DNA of 32,919 nucleotides from a virus. Taxonomy: Duplodnaviria > Heunggongvirae > Uroviricota > Caudoviricetes. Positions 16,791-25,063 of the stretch are shown here, in pieces; positions within the stretch are counted from its first letter, which is position 1; every line of letters starts with the position of its first letter. The notes under the pieces were generated by a model. That model searched no databases. It had not been told where the DNA came from and saw only the letters and a program-made list of their open reading frames with translations. A program made the position numbers and the translations under genes. Location of the stretch: the IMG/VR virus record IMGVR_UViG_2778261314_000004. One strand, 5' to 3'.

Positions 16791-17255
16791 ATGAAGTTTG
16801 TTGCGCCAGAACAGGCACCGGAACAGGCGGAAATCATCAGAAATACGCCGTTCTGGCCTGATGTGGACCTGTCGGAGTTTCGCTGTGTCATGCGCACTGA
16901 CGGCACGGTGACGCAGCCGCGTTTAAAGCAGGTTGCGCTGTCGGCAATTTCGGAGGTCAACGCAGAGCTGTATGAGTTTCGCAGACGTCAGCAGATGCTG
17001 GGATATGCCTCGCTGGCAGAGGTTCCGGCGGAACAGCTGGACGGCAAAAGTGAGCGCATTCATCACTATTTCAACGCGGTTTACTGCTGGGCACGCGCCA
17101 TGCTCAACGAGCGTTATCAGGACTATGACGCCACGGCATCCGGTGTGAAGCGGGGCGAGGAACTGGCGGAAGCAAGCGGTGATTTGTGGCGTGACGCCCG
17201 CTGGGCCATCAGCCGGGTGCAGGATGCGCCGCACTGCACAGTGGAGCTTATCTGA
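16791..17255 (+). CDS. L: Head completion/stabilisation protein (P2 gpL family), 154 aa
   Basis: Start at internal ATG (MKFVAPEQ) with AGGAG upstream. Position after M. Confidence 0.85.
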   Translation: MKFVAPEQAPEQAEIIRNTPFWPDVDLSEFRCVMRTDGTVTQPRLKQVALSAISEVNAELYEFRRRQQMLGYASLAEVPAEQLDGKSERIHHYFNAVYCWARAMLNERYQDYDATASGVKRGEELAEASGDLWRDARWAISRVQDAPHCTVELI

Positions 17256-17458
17256 TGAAAGTGCGTGCGCATCAGTATGACACGGTGGACGCGCTTTGCT
17301 GGCGTCATTACGGGCGCACGCAGGGTGTCACGGAGCAGGTACTGAAGGCAAATCCGGGGCTTGCCGAATACGGCCCCTTTTTACCTCACGGGCTGCAGGT
17401 GGAGCTGCCGGACATTCCGACAACCACCACCGTGCAGACCGTCCAGCTATGGGACTGA
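17255..17458 (+). CDS. X: Tail protein X (P2 gpX family, LysM-like), 67 aa
   Basis: 67 aa, as for P2 X. ATG overlaps the L stop. Confidence 0.8.
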   Translation: MKVRAHQYDTVDALCWRHYGRTQGVTEQVLKANPGLAEYGPFLPHGLQVELPDIPTTTTVQTVQLWD

Positions 17459-17461
17459 ATT

Positions 17462-17677
17462 ATGACGCTTGAGCGAATCAGCGCCTTTATCACGTATTGC
17501 ATCGCCGTCGTGCTGGCCTGGCTGGGCGATTTGTCCATCAAGGATGCCTCAACGCTGGGCGGCCTGATGATTGGTGTACTGATGCTGGCTATCAACTGGT
17601 ACTACAAACACAAAGCCTACCAGCTTCTGCGCGACGGGCAGATCTCGCGGGAGGACTATGAATCCATCAATCGTTAA
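17462..17677 (+). CDS. Holin, class II / pinholin-like, 71 aa
   Basis: Two hydrophobic helices (ISAFITYCIAVVLAWLG and LGGLMIGVLMLAINWYY) and a charged C-terminus. Directly precedes and overlaps a SAR-type endolysin gene. Confidence 0.7.
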   Translation: MTLERISAFITYCIAVVLAWLGDLSIKDASTLGGLMIGVLMLAINWYYKHKAYQLLRDGQISREDYESINR

Positions 17678-18170
17678 ACGCTGCCTTGTCGGGGCCGTGC
17701 TGGCTATTGCTGCCACGCTGCCGGGTTTTCAGCAGCTTCACACCTCCGTGGAGGGGCTGAAACTGATTGCTGATTACGAAGGCTGTCGTCTGCAGCCGTA
17801 TCAGTGCAGCGCGGGTGTCTGGACCGACGGCATTGGTAATACGTCGGGCGTCATTCCCGGCAAAACCATTACGGAGCGACAGGCAGCAGAAGGGCTGATC
17901 TCCAACGTGCTGCGTGTGGAGCGGGCGCTGGAAAGGTGTGTGAAGCAACAGCCGCCGCAGAAGGTGTATGACGCTGCGGTGTCGTTTGCCTTCAACGTGG
18001 GAACGGGCAATGCCTGCAGTTCCACACTGGTGAAATTACTCAATCAGCGGCGCTGGGCGGATGCGTGCCGACAGTTGCCGCGCTGGGTTTATGTGAAAGG
18101 TGTTTTTAATCAGGGGCTGGATAACCGCCGTGCGCGGGAGATGGCCTGGTGCTTACAGGGAGCAAACTGA
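17658..18170 (+). CDS. SAR endolysin (T4/P21 R-type lysozyme with N-terminal signal-anchor-release domain), 170 aa
   Basis: N-terminal Ala/Gly-rich TM segment (CLVGAVLAIAATLPGF) followed by the lysozyme catalytic region (EGLKLIADYEGCRLQPY...GVWTDGIGNT) and C-terminal RRAREMAWCL, resembling phage 21 R. Confidence 0.85.
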   Translation: MNPSIVKRCLVGAVLAIAATLPGFQQLHTSVEGLKLIADYEGCRLQPYQCSAGVWTDGIGNTSGVIPGKTITERQAAEGLISNVLRVERALERCVKQQPPQKVYDAAVSFAFNVGTGNACSSTLVKLLNQRRWADACRQLPRWVYVKGVFNQGLDNRRAREMAWCLQGAN

Positions 18171-18171
18171 A

Positions 18172-18549
18172 ATGAAAAAGAAAGTAATCAGCGGGCTGTT
18201 TCTGATGTTATGGATGGCGCTGTTGATCGCAGCAATTGTGTATCCGCAGGGGATTTTTCCGGTACTGGCAGCGTCCGGTGTCTGGGTAGCCTGTCTGCTG
18301 ACATGGGCGGTAATTCCGGTAGCACTGGCTGCGTTAATTAAGAACGGCCCGCTCTGGCAGGAGTTGAGGGCATCTTTGCTAAAGACCATTACCCGAAAAG
18401 AAAACGTATTTATCAGCTGGGTGATGCGATTGCTGATTGTCGTAAGTTTCGCCTGGACGGGGTGGGCTATTACCCTGGTCTTTTATCTGCTGACCGTTAT
18501 TGCCTTCTGGATGATCCGTAATCAGATTGCGCAACAGGTAGCAGCATGA
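18172..18549 (+). CDS. lysA: LysA-like membrane protein (lysis timing/antiholin candidate), ~125 aa
   Basis: Multi-TM hydrophobic protein right after the endolysin gene, as in P2 (Y-K-lysA-lysB). Confidence 0.6.
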   Translation: MKKKVISGLFLMLWMALLIAAIVYPQGIFPVLAASGVWVACLLTWAVIPVALAALIKNGPLWQELRASLLKTITRKENVFISWVMRLLIVVSFAWTGWAITLVFYLLTVIAFWMIRNQIAQQVAA

Positions 18550-18974
18550 ACCGGTTGCTGCTGGTTGTGCTGGCGTTATTACTGGCGGCGCTGGGCTGGC
18601 AGACGTGGCGGCTGGCTGATGCCAGCCAGACCATCAGCACGCAGGCAGACGAGCTTCGGAGCAAAAGCCAGGCACTGGCAAAGAGCAACAGCCAGCTTAT
18701 CAGCCTGTCCATTCTGACTGAAACCAATAACCGGGAGCAGGCGCGGCTCTATGCCGAAGCAGAACAGACCAGTGTACTGCTGAGACAACGACAACACCGG
18801 ATTGAGGAACTGAAACGTGAGAACGAGGATTTACGCCGCTGGGCTGATACTCCTTTGCCTGCTGACATTATCCGGCTGCGGGAACGCCCCACACTCACCG
18901 GAGGTGCAGCTTACCGTCAGTGGTTGTCCGCGAGTGACGCCGTGTCGGCTGGGGCAGGCAGCGCCGCGCACTAA
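18546..18974 (+). CDS. lysB: i-spanin (Rz / LysB-like), 142 aa
   Basis: N-terminal TM anchor (LLLVVLALLLAALGW), coiled-coil-like charged middle, and an embedded out-of-frame lipoprotein gene. Confidence 0.7.
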   Translation: MNRLLLVVLALLLAALGWQTWRLADASQTISTQADELRSKSQALAKSNSQLISLSILTETNNREQARLYAEAEQTSVLLRQRQHRIEELKRENEDLRRWADTPLPADIIRLRERPTLTGGAAYRQWLSASDAVSAGAGSAAH

Positions 18975-19107
18975 CGGTGACCTGAACGCGTTGCTGGATG
19001 AAACGGAGGCCGCCTGGGCGGTCTGTGCAGACAAAGTGGACATGATTATTGCGTGTCAGGAGCGAAACAGTGAACAAACCACAATCCCTGCGCCACGCCC
19101 TCAATAA
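18817..19107 (+). CDS. lysC: o-spanin (Rz1 / LysC-like outer-membrane lipoprotein), 96 aa
   Basis: Signal peptide with lipobox LTLSGC. Overlaps the 3' part of the i-spanin gene in another frame and runs past it. Confidence 0.6.
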   Translation: MRTRIYAAGLILLCLLTLSGCGNAPHSPEVQLTVSGCPRVTPCRLGQAAPRTNGDLNALLDETEAAWAVCADKVDMIIACQERNSEQTTIPAPRPQ

Positions 19108-19501
19108 AGCGGTGACTTATGTCCGCAATAACCCGGACAAACTGCATCTGTTTGTAGATAACGGTTCGCTGGTTGCCACGGGGGCCAGCTCCATGTCATG
19201 GGAGTACCGCTATACCCTGAACGTGGTGATAGAGGATTTCAGCGGCGACCAGAATCTGCTGATGGCCCCGGTTTTACTGTGGCTTCGGGATAACCAGCCC
19301 GATGCCATCAATAACCCGGCGTTACGGGAAAAGCTATTCACCTTTGAGGTGGATATTTTGCGCAACGATGTCTGTGATATCAGCCTTAACCTGCAACTGA
19401 CGGAACGTGTGCTGGTCAGTACTGACGGCAGTGTGTCGAGCGTTGAAGCTGTAGCAGAACCCGATGAACCTGAAGAAATGTGGACGGTGAAACGTGGCTG
19501 A
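19049..19501 (+). CDS. R: Tail completion protein (P2 gpR family); true start probably GTG at 19070
   Basis: Position after the lysis cassette. Sequence from VNKPQSLRHAL... onward has the pattern I recall for P2 R. The tool ORF begins with TTG. Confidence 0.75.
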   Translation: MRVRSETVNKPQSLRHALNKAVTYVRNNPDKLHLFVDNGSLVATGASSMSWEYRYTLNVVIEDFSGDQNLLMAPVLLWLRDNQPDAINNPALREKLFTFEVDILRNDVCDISLNLQLTERVLVSTDGSVSSVEAVAEPDEPEEMWTVKRG

Positions 19502-19940
19502 ACTGCAGAAGGTGGACGACTGGCTGAGTGCCTTGCTGGCGAATCTGGAACCAGCCACGAGAAGCCGCATGATGCGCCAGCTGGCGCAGGAACTGCGCCG
19601 GACACAGCAGCAGAATATCAGGATGCAGCGCAATCCAGATGGCAGCAGTTATGAACCGCGCAGGGTAACAGCACGCAGCAAAAAAGGCCGCATCAAACGT
19701 CAGATGTTTGCAAAGCTGCGCACCACAAAATACCTGAAAACTGCCGCCAGCGCCGACTCTGCCAGCGTACAGTTTGAAGGCAAGGTGCAGCGTATTGCCC
19801 GTGTTCACCATTACGGCCTGCGTGATCGCGTCAGTCGCAAAGGACCGGAGGTCCGTTACGCAGAGCGCCGCCTGCTGGGTGTAAATGATGATGTTGAGGC
19901 AATGACCCGCGACATGATTCTGCAATGGCTGGCGGGGTGA
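19494..19940 (+). CDS. S: Tail completion / virion morphogenesis protein (P2 gpS family), 148 aa
   Basis: Size matches P2 S (150 aa). Overlaps the R end. Confidence 0.8.
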   Translation: MAELQKVDDWLSALLANLEPATRSRMMRQLAQELRRTQQQNIRMQRNPDGSSYEPRRVTARSKKGRIKRQMFAKLRTTKYLKTAASADSASVQFEGKVQRIARVHHYGLRDRVSRKGPEVRYAERRLLGVNDDVEAMTRDMILQWLAG

Positions 19941-19945
19941 TCTTT

Positions 19946-19963
19946 GTATCAGCACTGATACAA
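19946..19963 (+). promoter_or_regulatory. Ogr-type late-promoter activator site TGT-N12-ACA upstream of V (pV)
   Basis: tgtatcagcactgataca, an extended palindrome, about 55 bp upstream of the V start codon. Confidence 0.55.
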
Positions 19964-20008
19964 GTTGCAGCACTGCCGCCTTTCTTCCCCTGATGGCAAC
20001 CTTTCCCT

Positions 20009-20587
20009 ATGAACGCACAATTAACCGAAATCATGCGCCTTATCACCAACCTGATCCGCACTGGGGTAGTCACCGAAGTGGACAGGGAAAACTGGCTTTG
20101 CCGGGTGAAAACGGGCGAGCTTGAAACCAACTGGATCAGCTGGCTGACGCTGCGTGCCGGGAATGCCCGCACATGGTGGCGACCATCGGAAGGTGAGCAG
20201 GTGGTGCTGCTGAGTCTGGGCGGCAATCTGGAAACCGCCTTTGCGTTACCCGCCATCTATTCGAATCAGTTCGCGCCACCGTCGACGTCGGCGGACGCCT
20301 GCGTGACAGAACATCCTGACGGTGGCTGGTTTGAATACGAACCCGCCACCGGACGCTGGTATGTCAGGGGCATCAAATCAATGGTCATTGAGGCCGCTGA
20401 CAACATCACCATGAAAACCAGTGAGTTTGTACTGGAGGCTGACCGCACGCGCATTAACAGCGAAGTGGTGATCAATGGTGGCGTTACCCAGGGCGGCGGA
20501 GCGATGAGTTCTAACGGGATCGTGGTTGATGCGCATCAGCATACTGGCGTCCTGAAAGGCGGCGATACAACCGGAGGCCCGGTATGA
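20009..20587 (+). CDS. V: Baseplate spike/assembly protein (P2 gpV family), 192 aa
   Basis: First gene after the pV motif in the P2 gene order. Confidence 0.85.
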   Translation: MNAQLTEIMRLITNLIRTGVVTEVDRENWLCRVKTGELETNWISWLTLRAGNARTWWRPSEGEQVVLLSLGGNLETAFALPAIYSNQFAPPSTSADACVTEHPDGGWFEYEPATGRWYVRGIKSMVIEAADNITMKTSEFVLEADRTRINSEVVINGGVTQGGGAMSSNGIVVDAHQHTGVLKGGDTTGGPV

Positions 20588-20943
20588 CGCTTTATAGCGG
20601 GATGAACAATACCAGCGGCAAAGTCATTACTGATATTGACCATCTGCGCCAGTCGGTGCGGGACATTCTGCTGACGCCGCAGGGTAGCCGCATTGCTCGT
20701 CGTGAATATGGTTCCCTGCTGTCGGCACTGATAGACCAGCCACAAAATCCGGCGTTACGCCTGCAGGTCATGTCGGCAGTGTATGTGGCGCTGAGTCGCT
20801 GGGAGCCACGGCTGACGCTGGATTCTATCACCATCAACAGCAACTTTGACGGTTCTATGGTGGTGGAGCTGACCGGGCGGCGTAATAACGGTGTGCCTGT
20901 TTCCCTTTCCGTATCAACAGGAGCAGAGAATGGCAGTGATTGA
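20584..20943 (+). CDS. W: Baseplate protein (P2 gpW / GPW-gp25 family), 119 aa
   Basis: Size and position match P2 W. Overlaps V by 4 nt. Confidence 0.85.
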   Translation: MTLYSGMNNTSGKVITDIDHLRQSVRDILLTPQGSRIARREYGSLLSALIDQPQNPALRLQVMSAVYVALSRWEPRLTLDSITINSNFDGSMVVELTGRRNNGVPVSLSVSTGAENGSD

Positions 20944-21838
20944 CCTTTCGCAGTTGCCTGCGCCGCAGATTGTGGATGTGCCGGACTTTGAGACGCTGCT
21001 TGCCGAACGCAAGGCAGAATTTGTGGCGCTTCATCCGAAAGATGAGCAGGAAGCAGTGATCCGCACGCTGGAACTGGAATCTGAACCCGTCACCAAATTG
21101 TTGCAGGAGAACGCTTACCGTGAGTTGCTTCTGCGCCAGCGCATTAACGAAGCCGCGCAGGCGGTGATGGTGGCTTACGCGATGGGCGGCGATCTGGACC
21201 AGCTAGCTGCCAACTACAACGTGAAACGCCTGACGGTGACGCCTGCTGATGATGACGCTGTGCCGCCCGTTGCAGCTGTGATGGAAAGCGATGAAGCGTT
21301 ACGCCTGCGTGTGCCTGCGGCTTTTGAAGGGCTTTCGGTTGCGGGGCCAACCGCAGCTTATGAATTTCATGCCCGAAGCGCCGACGGTCGGGTGGCGGAT
21401 GCCAGTGCAACCAGCCCGGCACCTGCAGAGGTGGTGCTGACTGTCCTTAGCCGCGAAGGCGATGGAACTGCAGAAAAAGACCTGCTGGACGTGGTGGAAA
21501 AAGCTCTGAACAGTGAGAACGTTCGCCCGGTGGCTGACCGTCTTACGGTTCGCAGCGCAGAAATCATCCCGTATCGCGTGGAAGCCACCATTTTTCTCTA
21601 TCCGGGACCGGAAGCAGAGCCGGTAATGGCAGCGGCAAAAGCCAGTCTGCAGAAGTACATTGCCAGCCAGACGAGGCTTGGTCGGGATATTCGCCGTAGC
21701 GCCATCTTTGCTGCTCTGCATGTTGAGGGTGTTCAACGTGTGGAACTGGCTTCTCCGCTGGCGGATGTGGTCCTGAACAAAACACAGGCGGCATCATGTA
21801 CGCAGTGGAGCGTAACCAACGGAGGAACGGATGAATAG
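20930..21838 (+). CDS. J: Baseplate assembly protein (P2 gpJ family), ~302 aa
   Basis: Start at internal ATG (MAVIDLSQLPAPQI). Size matches P2 J. Confidence 0.85.
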   Translation: MAVIDLSQLPAPQIVDVPDFETLLAERKAEFVALHPKDEQEAVIRTLELESEPVTKLLQENAYRELLLRQRINEAAQAVMVAYAMGGDLDQLAANYNVKRLTVTPADDDAVPPVAAVMESDEALRLRVPAAFEGLSVAGPTAAYEFHARSADGRVADASATSPAPAEVVLTVLSREGDGTAEKDLLDVVEKALNSENVRPVADRLTVRSAEIIPYRVEATIFLYPGPEAEPVMAAAKASLQKYIASQTRLGRDIRRSAIFAALHVEGVQRVELASPLADVVLNKTQAASCTQWSVTNGGTDE

Positions 21839-22436
21839 TCTGCTGCCACTGGGTTCAACTTCACTGGAGCGCCGACTGGCGCAAACCTGTAGCGGGATTT
21901 CTGATTTGCAGGTGCCGCTGCGTGACTTGTGGAATCCGGCTACCTGTCCGGTCAGCTTCCTGCCTTATCTCGCCTGGGCGTTCTCTGTGGATCGCTGGGA
22001 CGAGGGCTGGACAGAAAGCGTCAAACGCCAGGTAGTGAAGGATGCTTTTTATATTCATCAGCATAAAGGAACCACCAGTGCCGTGCGGCGGGTGGTGGAA
22101 CCGTTCGGATTCCTGATCCGCATTATTGAGTGGTGGCAGACCGGAGAAACACCGGGCACGTTTCGCCTGGATATCGGCGTGCAGGACCAGGGCATCACTG
22201 AAGATACCTATCTGGAACTTGAGCGACTGATAAGCGATGCCAAACCATGTAGCCGCCACATGATCGGCATGTCCATCAATCTGCAGACCAGCGGCCCGCA
22301 TTGGGTGGGAGCCGCCAGCTATCTTGGCGAAGAAATCACGATCTATCCGTATATCAACGAAACGATTATTTCCGGTGGCACCGCGCATGAAGGCGGGGCG
22401 GTCCATGTTATTGACACAATGAGAGTGAATCCATGA
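21831..22436 (+). CDS. I: Baseplate / tail formation protein (P2 gpI family), 201 aa
   Basis: Position between J and the tail-fibre gene. Confidence 0.8.
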   Translation: MNSLLPLGSTSLERRLAQTCSGISDLQVPLRDLWNPATCPVSFLPYLAWAFSVDRWDEGWTESVKRQVVKDAFYIHQHKGTTSAVRRVVEPFGFLIRIIEWWQTGETPGTFRLDIGVQDQGITEDTYLELERLISDAKPCSRHMIGMSINLQTSGPHWVGAASYLGEEITIYPYINETIISGGTAHEGGAVHVIDTMRVNP

Positions 22437-23860
22437 GCACAAAATTTTATACCCTGCTGACGGATATTGGCGCGGCGAAACTTGCCAGCGCCGCCGCGCT
22501 CGGTGTGCCGCTAAAAATTACCCATATGGCGGTGGGCGATGGCGGTGGAGTATTGCCAACGCCGGACGCAAAGCAGACGGCACTGGTAAATGAGAAACGC
22601 CGGGCTGCGCTGAATATGCTTTATATCGACCCGCAGAACAGCAGCCAGATTATTGCCGAACAGGTGATCCCTGAAAACGAGGGCGGTTGGTGGATACGTG
22701 AAGTGGGCTTGTTTGATGAGTCCGGGGCATTGATTGCCGTGGGCAACTGCCCGGAAAGCTATAAGCCGCAACTGGCTGAAGGTAGCGGGCGCACTCAGAC
22801 CGTGCGCATGGTGCTGATTACCAGCAGCACGGACAATATCACCCTGAAAATCGACCCTGCTGTAGTGCTGGCAACCCGCAAGTATGTGGATGACAAGGCA
22901 CTGGAGCTGAAGGTGTACGCGGATGATCAGATGGCAAAACATCTTGCCGCACCGGACCCGCATTCACAGTACGCGCCAAAAGCCAGCCCGACATTTACCG
23001 GAACCCCCAAAGCGCCAACGCCAGCGGCGGGGAATAATACCACGCAGGTTGCGACCACTGCGTTTGTACAGGCGGCACTGACGGCCCTTATTAATGGTGC
23101 GCCAGCCACGCTGGACACGCTGAAAGAAATAGCCGCAGCCATTAACAATGATCCGAATTTCAGTACCACCATTAACAATGCGCTGGCACTAAAAGCACCG
23201 TTGTCGAGTCCGGCACTCACCGGAACGCCAACAGCCCCCACGGCGGCGCAGTCGGTCAACAATACACAGATTGCCACTACGGCTTTTGTGAAATCGGCGA
23301 TTGCAGGAATGGTGGGTTCTGCACCTGCTGCACTGGATACACTGAACGAACTGGCGGCGGCACTGGGGAATGATCCGAACTTTGCCACGACAATGCTTAA
23401 TGCGCTGGCAGGTAAACAACCGCTGGACAATACGCTTACCAATTTGAGTGGAAAGGATGTAGCTGGTCTTCTCGCATACCTTGGTTTGGGAGATATCAGT
23501 GCCGCAGGTGTTGCGACAGGTAGTCTTGGTTCAGCGGGATACGCCACATTCCCAATATTAATTAGCGGTGTCCGCCAGACGTTTATTATGCAATGGGGAA
23601 TACTGACACCTCTGAGATCAGGCGGCACTGTGGATATTAATCTGCCGATTGCTTTTCCGACTGCCGCGATGCAGGCATATGCAACACATGATAATACAAC
23701 GCAGATCACCCGCCCGACGGTGTATGCAATAAGTACAACGAGCCGAACCACTATCACTGCTACAGCAATCTGTCTTAATACTGAGTCAGTGGGCGCGGCA
23801 GCAACGCGCAGTAGTGACGAGGTAGCATGTTACGGCCGATATTTTGTAATAGGGTACTGA
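22433..23860 (+). CDS. H: Tail fibre protein (P2 gpH family) with invertible C-terminal variable segment, 475 aa
   Basis: N-terminus MSTKFYTLLTDIGAAKLA...MAVGDGGG and collar repeats (SPALTGTPTAPT...NNTQIATTAFV...LDTLNELAAALGNDPNFATTM) are typical of P2 H-like fibres. A crossover site lies at codons ~346-354. Confidence 0.85.
   Translation: MSTKFYTLLTDIGAAKLASAAALGVPLKITHMAVGDGGGVLPTPDAKQTALVNEKRRAALNMLYIDPQNSSQIIAEQVIPENEGGWWIREVGLFDESGALIAVGNCPESYKPQLAEGSGRTQTVRMVLITSSTDNITLKIDPAVVLATRKYVDDKALELKVYADDQMAKHLAAPDPHSQYAPKASPTFTGTPKAPTPAAGNNTTQVATTAFVQAALTALINGAPATLDTLKEIAAAINNDPNFSTTINNALALKAPLSSPALTGTPTAPTAAQSVNNTQIATTAFVKSAIAGMVGSAPAALDTLNELAAALGNDPNFATTMLNALAGKQPLDNTLTNLSGKDVAGLLAYLGLGDISAAGVATGSLGSAGYATFPILISGVRQTFIMQWGILTPLRSGGTVDINLPIAFPTAAMQAYATHDNTTQITRPTVYAISTTSRTTITATAICLNTESVGAAATRSSDEVACYGRYFVIGY
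23469..23494 (+). repeat. Inversion crossover site 1 (hix/gix/cix-like, 26 bp) inside the tail-fibre gene
   Basis: ttctcgcatacc-tt-ggtttgggagat: 12-2-12 architecture resembling hix (TTCTTGAAAACC-AA-GGTTTTTGATAA). Its right half is repeated in inverted orientation at 24983-24994. Confidence 0.6.
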
Positions 23861-23861
23861 A

Positions 23862-24296
23862 ATGAATATGAAATATTTCTCTGCATCTGAAAATGCGTTT
23901 TATGCCGGAGAGCTTAAAGAAAGCTACATCGCAGCAGACTCATGGCCTTCTGATGCCTTGGAAGTTGATGAAAGTTTGTATCTTGATTTTATTGGTGAGC
24001 CGCCAGCAGGTAAGTATCGCGGTGTAAATGATGCAGGAATGCCATGCTGGCTTGAAATTCCCCCGACCACCCCAGAACAAATGGTATCGAATGCCCAAAA
24101 TATGCGGCAACAGCTCATTGATGAGGCCATTCTCTACATGAATAACAGGCAATGGCCCGGTAAAGCGGTGCTGGGACGTCTGACAGAAGCGGAGAAGGAG
24201 CAATACAATCTGTGGCTGGATTATCTGGGCGCACTGGAGGCTGTAGACACATCCAGCGCACCGGATATCAACTGGCCTACCCCTCCGGCGATGTAG
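23862..24296 (+). CDS. G: Tail fibre assembly chaperone (P2 gpG / Tfa family), 144 aa
   Basis: Directly follows the fibre gene. Shares the Tfa-like N-terminal pattern with the minus-strand paralogue. Confidence 0.75.
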   Translation: MNMKYFSASENAFYAGELKESYIAADSWPSDALEVDESLYLDFIGEPPAGKYRGVNDAGMPCWLEIPPTTPEQMVSNAQNMRQQLIDEAILYMNNRQWPGKAVLGRLTEAEKEQYNLWLDYLGALEAVDTSSAPDINWPTPPAM

Positions 24297-24699
24297 GCCA
24301 GATAACATCAGGAGCTGTTGATACGTCGACGGCTTTCACTGCTTTTTTATACGCCATCCACTCAGACAACCTCTCTTTGTCTTCATCACTGATATCGCCG
24401 AGCATTAATTCAACCCGCCAGTCGACGGTTACTTCGTCAATCTGCTGTAGCCGTTGCTGGCGGTATTGTTCGGCAATCTCAGTCTGTTCCTCATGTGTTG
24501 GTTGGGGAATATCTCCCCAAACTGGCAGCCCATTATCGCCAGGAATACGCATCTGGTTGGTTGGTGGTACCCCCGTAAACTCCGTAAATACAGAGTCGTC
24601 AATATCAATGCAGTCTGTTGGCCACATGCCGTTTTTTTTGTATTCGCCGCGAAGGTGTGTTGGGTAGAATTTATTTTTTAATGCGTAGTAATTGTACAT
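24277..24699 (-). CDS. Alternative tail fibre assembly chaperone (Tfa'), 140 aa, inverted orientation
   Basis: Minus-strand paralogue of the plus-strand tfa (PPTNQMRIPGDNGLPVWGDIPQPTHEEQ... versus PPAGKYRGVNDAGMPCWLEIPPTTPEQ...); convergent with it. Confidence 0.7.
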   Translation of the reverse strand: MYNYYALKNKFYPTHLRGEYKKNGMWPTDCIDIDDSVFTEFTGVPPTNQMRIPGDNGLPVWGDIPQPTHEEQTEIAEQYRQQRLQQIDEVTVDWRVELMLGDISDEDKERLSEWMAYKKAVKAVDVSTAPDVIWPTSPEG

Positions 24700-24700
24700 A

Positions 24701-24996
24701 TTAAAATCCTATTGCTATCCAGTGACAGGCATTTGAACTGGGTGAGCCGCTTTTGAATAGCGTCATGCTCTCGGGGGAGTACGAACCAACGTTAACTGTC
24801 GTTCCGGGCTGAGCGTCCCACGAGGCAAGGCCTAAAAGCAGGCCATTAGGAAACGGAACATTAAACGTTTTCGTGTACGTTGAAGCAGAAAAAAACGGGA
24901 CTACACCGATCTGGATAATCAGTGTCTTTTCACCGATTGGCAGATAAATAACGGAATCCCCGGCGTTGAGGCTTTGTAGCGTTCCTCCCAAACCAA
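24701..24996 (-). CDS. Alternative tail-fibre C-terminal segment (Sv'-like, promoterless; expressed only after inversion fuses it to H)
   Basis: Minus-strand ORF whose 5' end coincides with crossover site 2. It encodes ...GLGGTLQSLNAGDS..., sharing the GLG junction with H (AYLGLGDIS). Confidence 0.55.
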
Positions 24997-25008
24997 CGTT
25001 TAAGAAAA
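24983..25008 (-). repeat. Inversion crossover site 2 (inverted relative to site 1)
   Basis: Reverse complement reads ttttcttaaacg-tt-ggtttgggagga; the left half closely matches the hix half-site TTCTTGAAAACC and the right half matches site 1. Confidence 0.6.
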
Positions 25009-25063
25009 TGCAGAGGTAACGGCTAACTGGCATCATCCCCGGTATTTATTCAGGGGATTGATC

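Larger units (their letters stand above)
23469..25008. mobile_element. Invertible tail-fibre host-range segment (~1.5 kb, G/C/Min-segment-like)
   Basis: Bounded by inverted 26-bp sites. Contains the variable fibre C-terminus plus a tfa gene on the plus strand and an alternative tfa plus alternative fibre C-terminus on the minus strand. An invertase gene is immediately adjacent. Confidence 0.7.

Noticed and set aside
16607-16960. 117-aa minus-strand ORF across the M/L junction
   Set aside because: Antisense to terminase small subunit and head completion genes; Cys/Ala/Gly-rich composition; no independent support.
22927-23757. 276-aa minus-strand ORF inside the tail fibre gene
   Set aside because: Antisense to the Ala/Thr-rich repeat region of H; Ala/Val/Gly-rich low-complexity translation; explained by codon bias of the sense gene.
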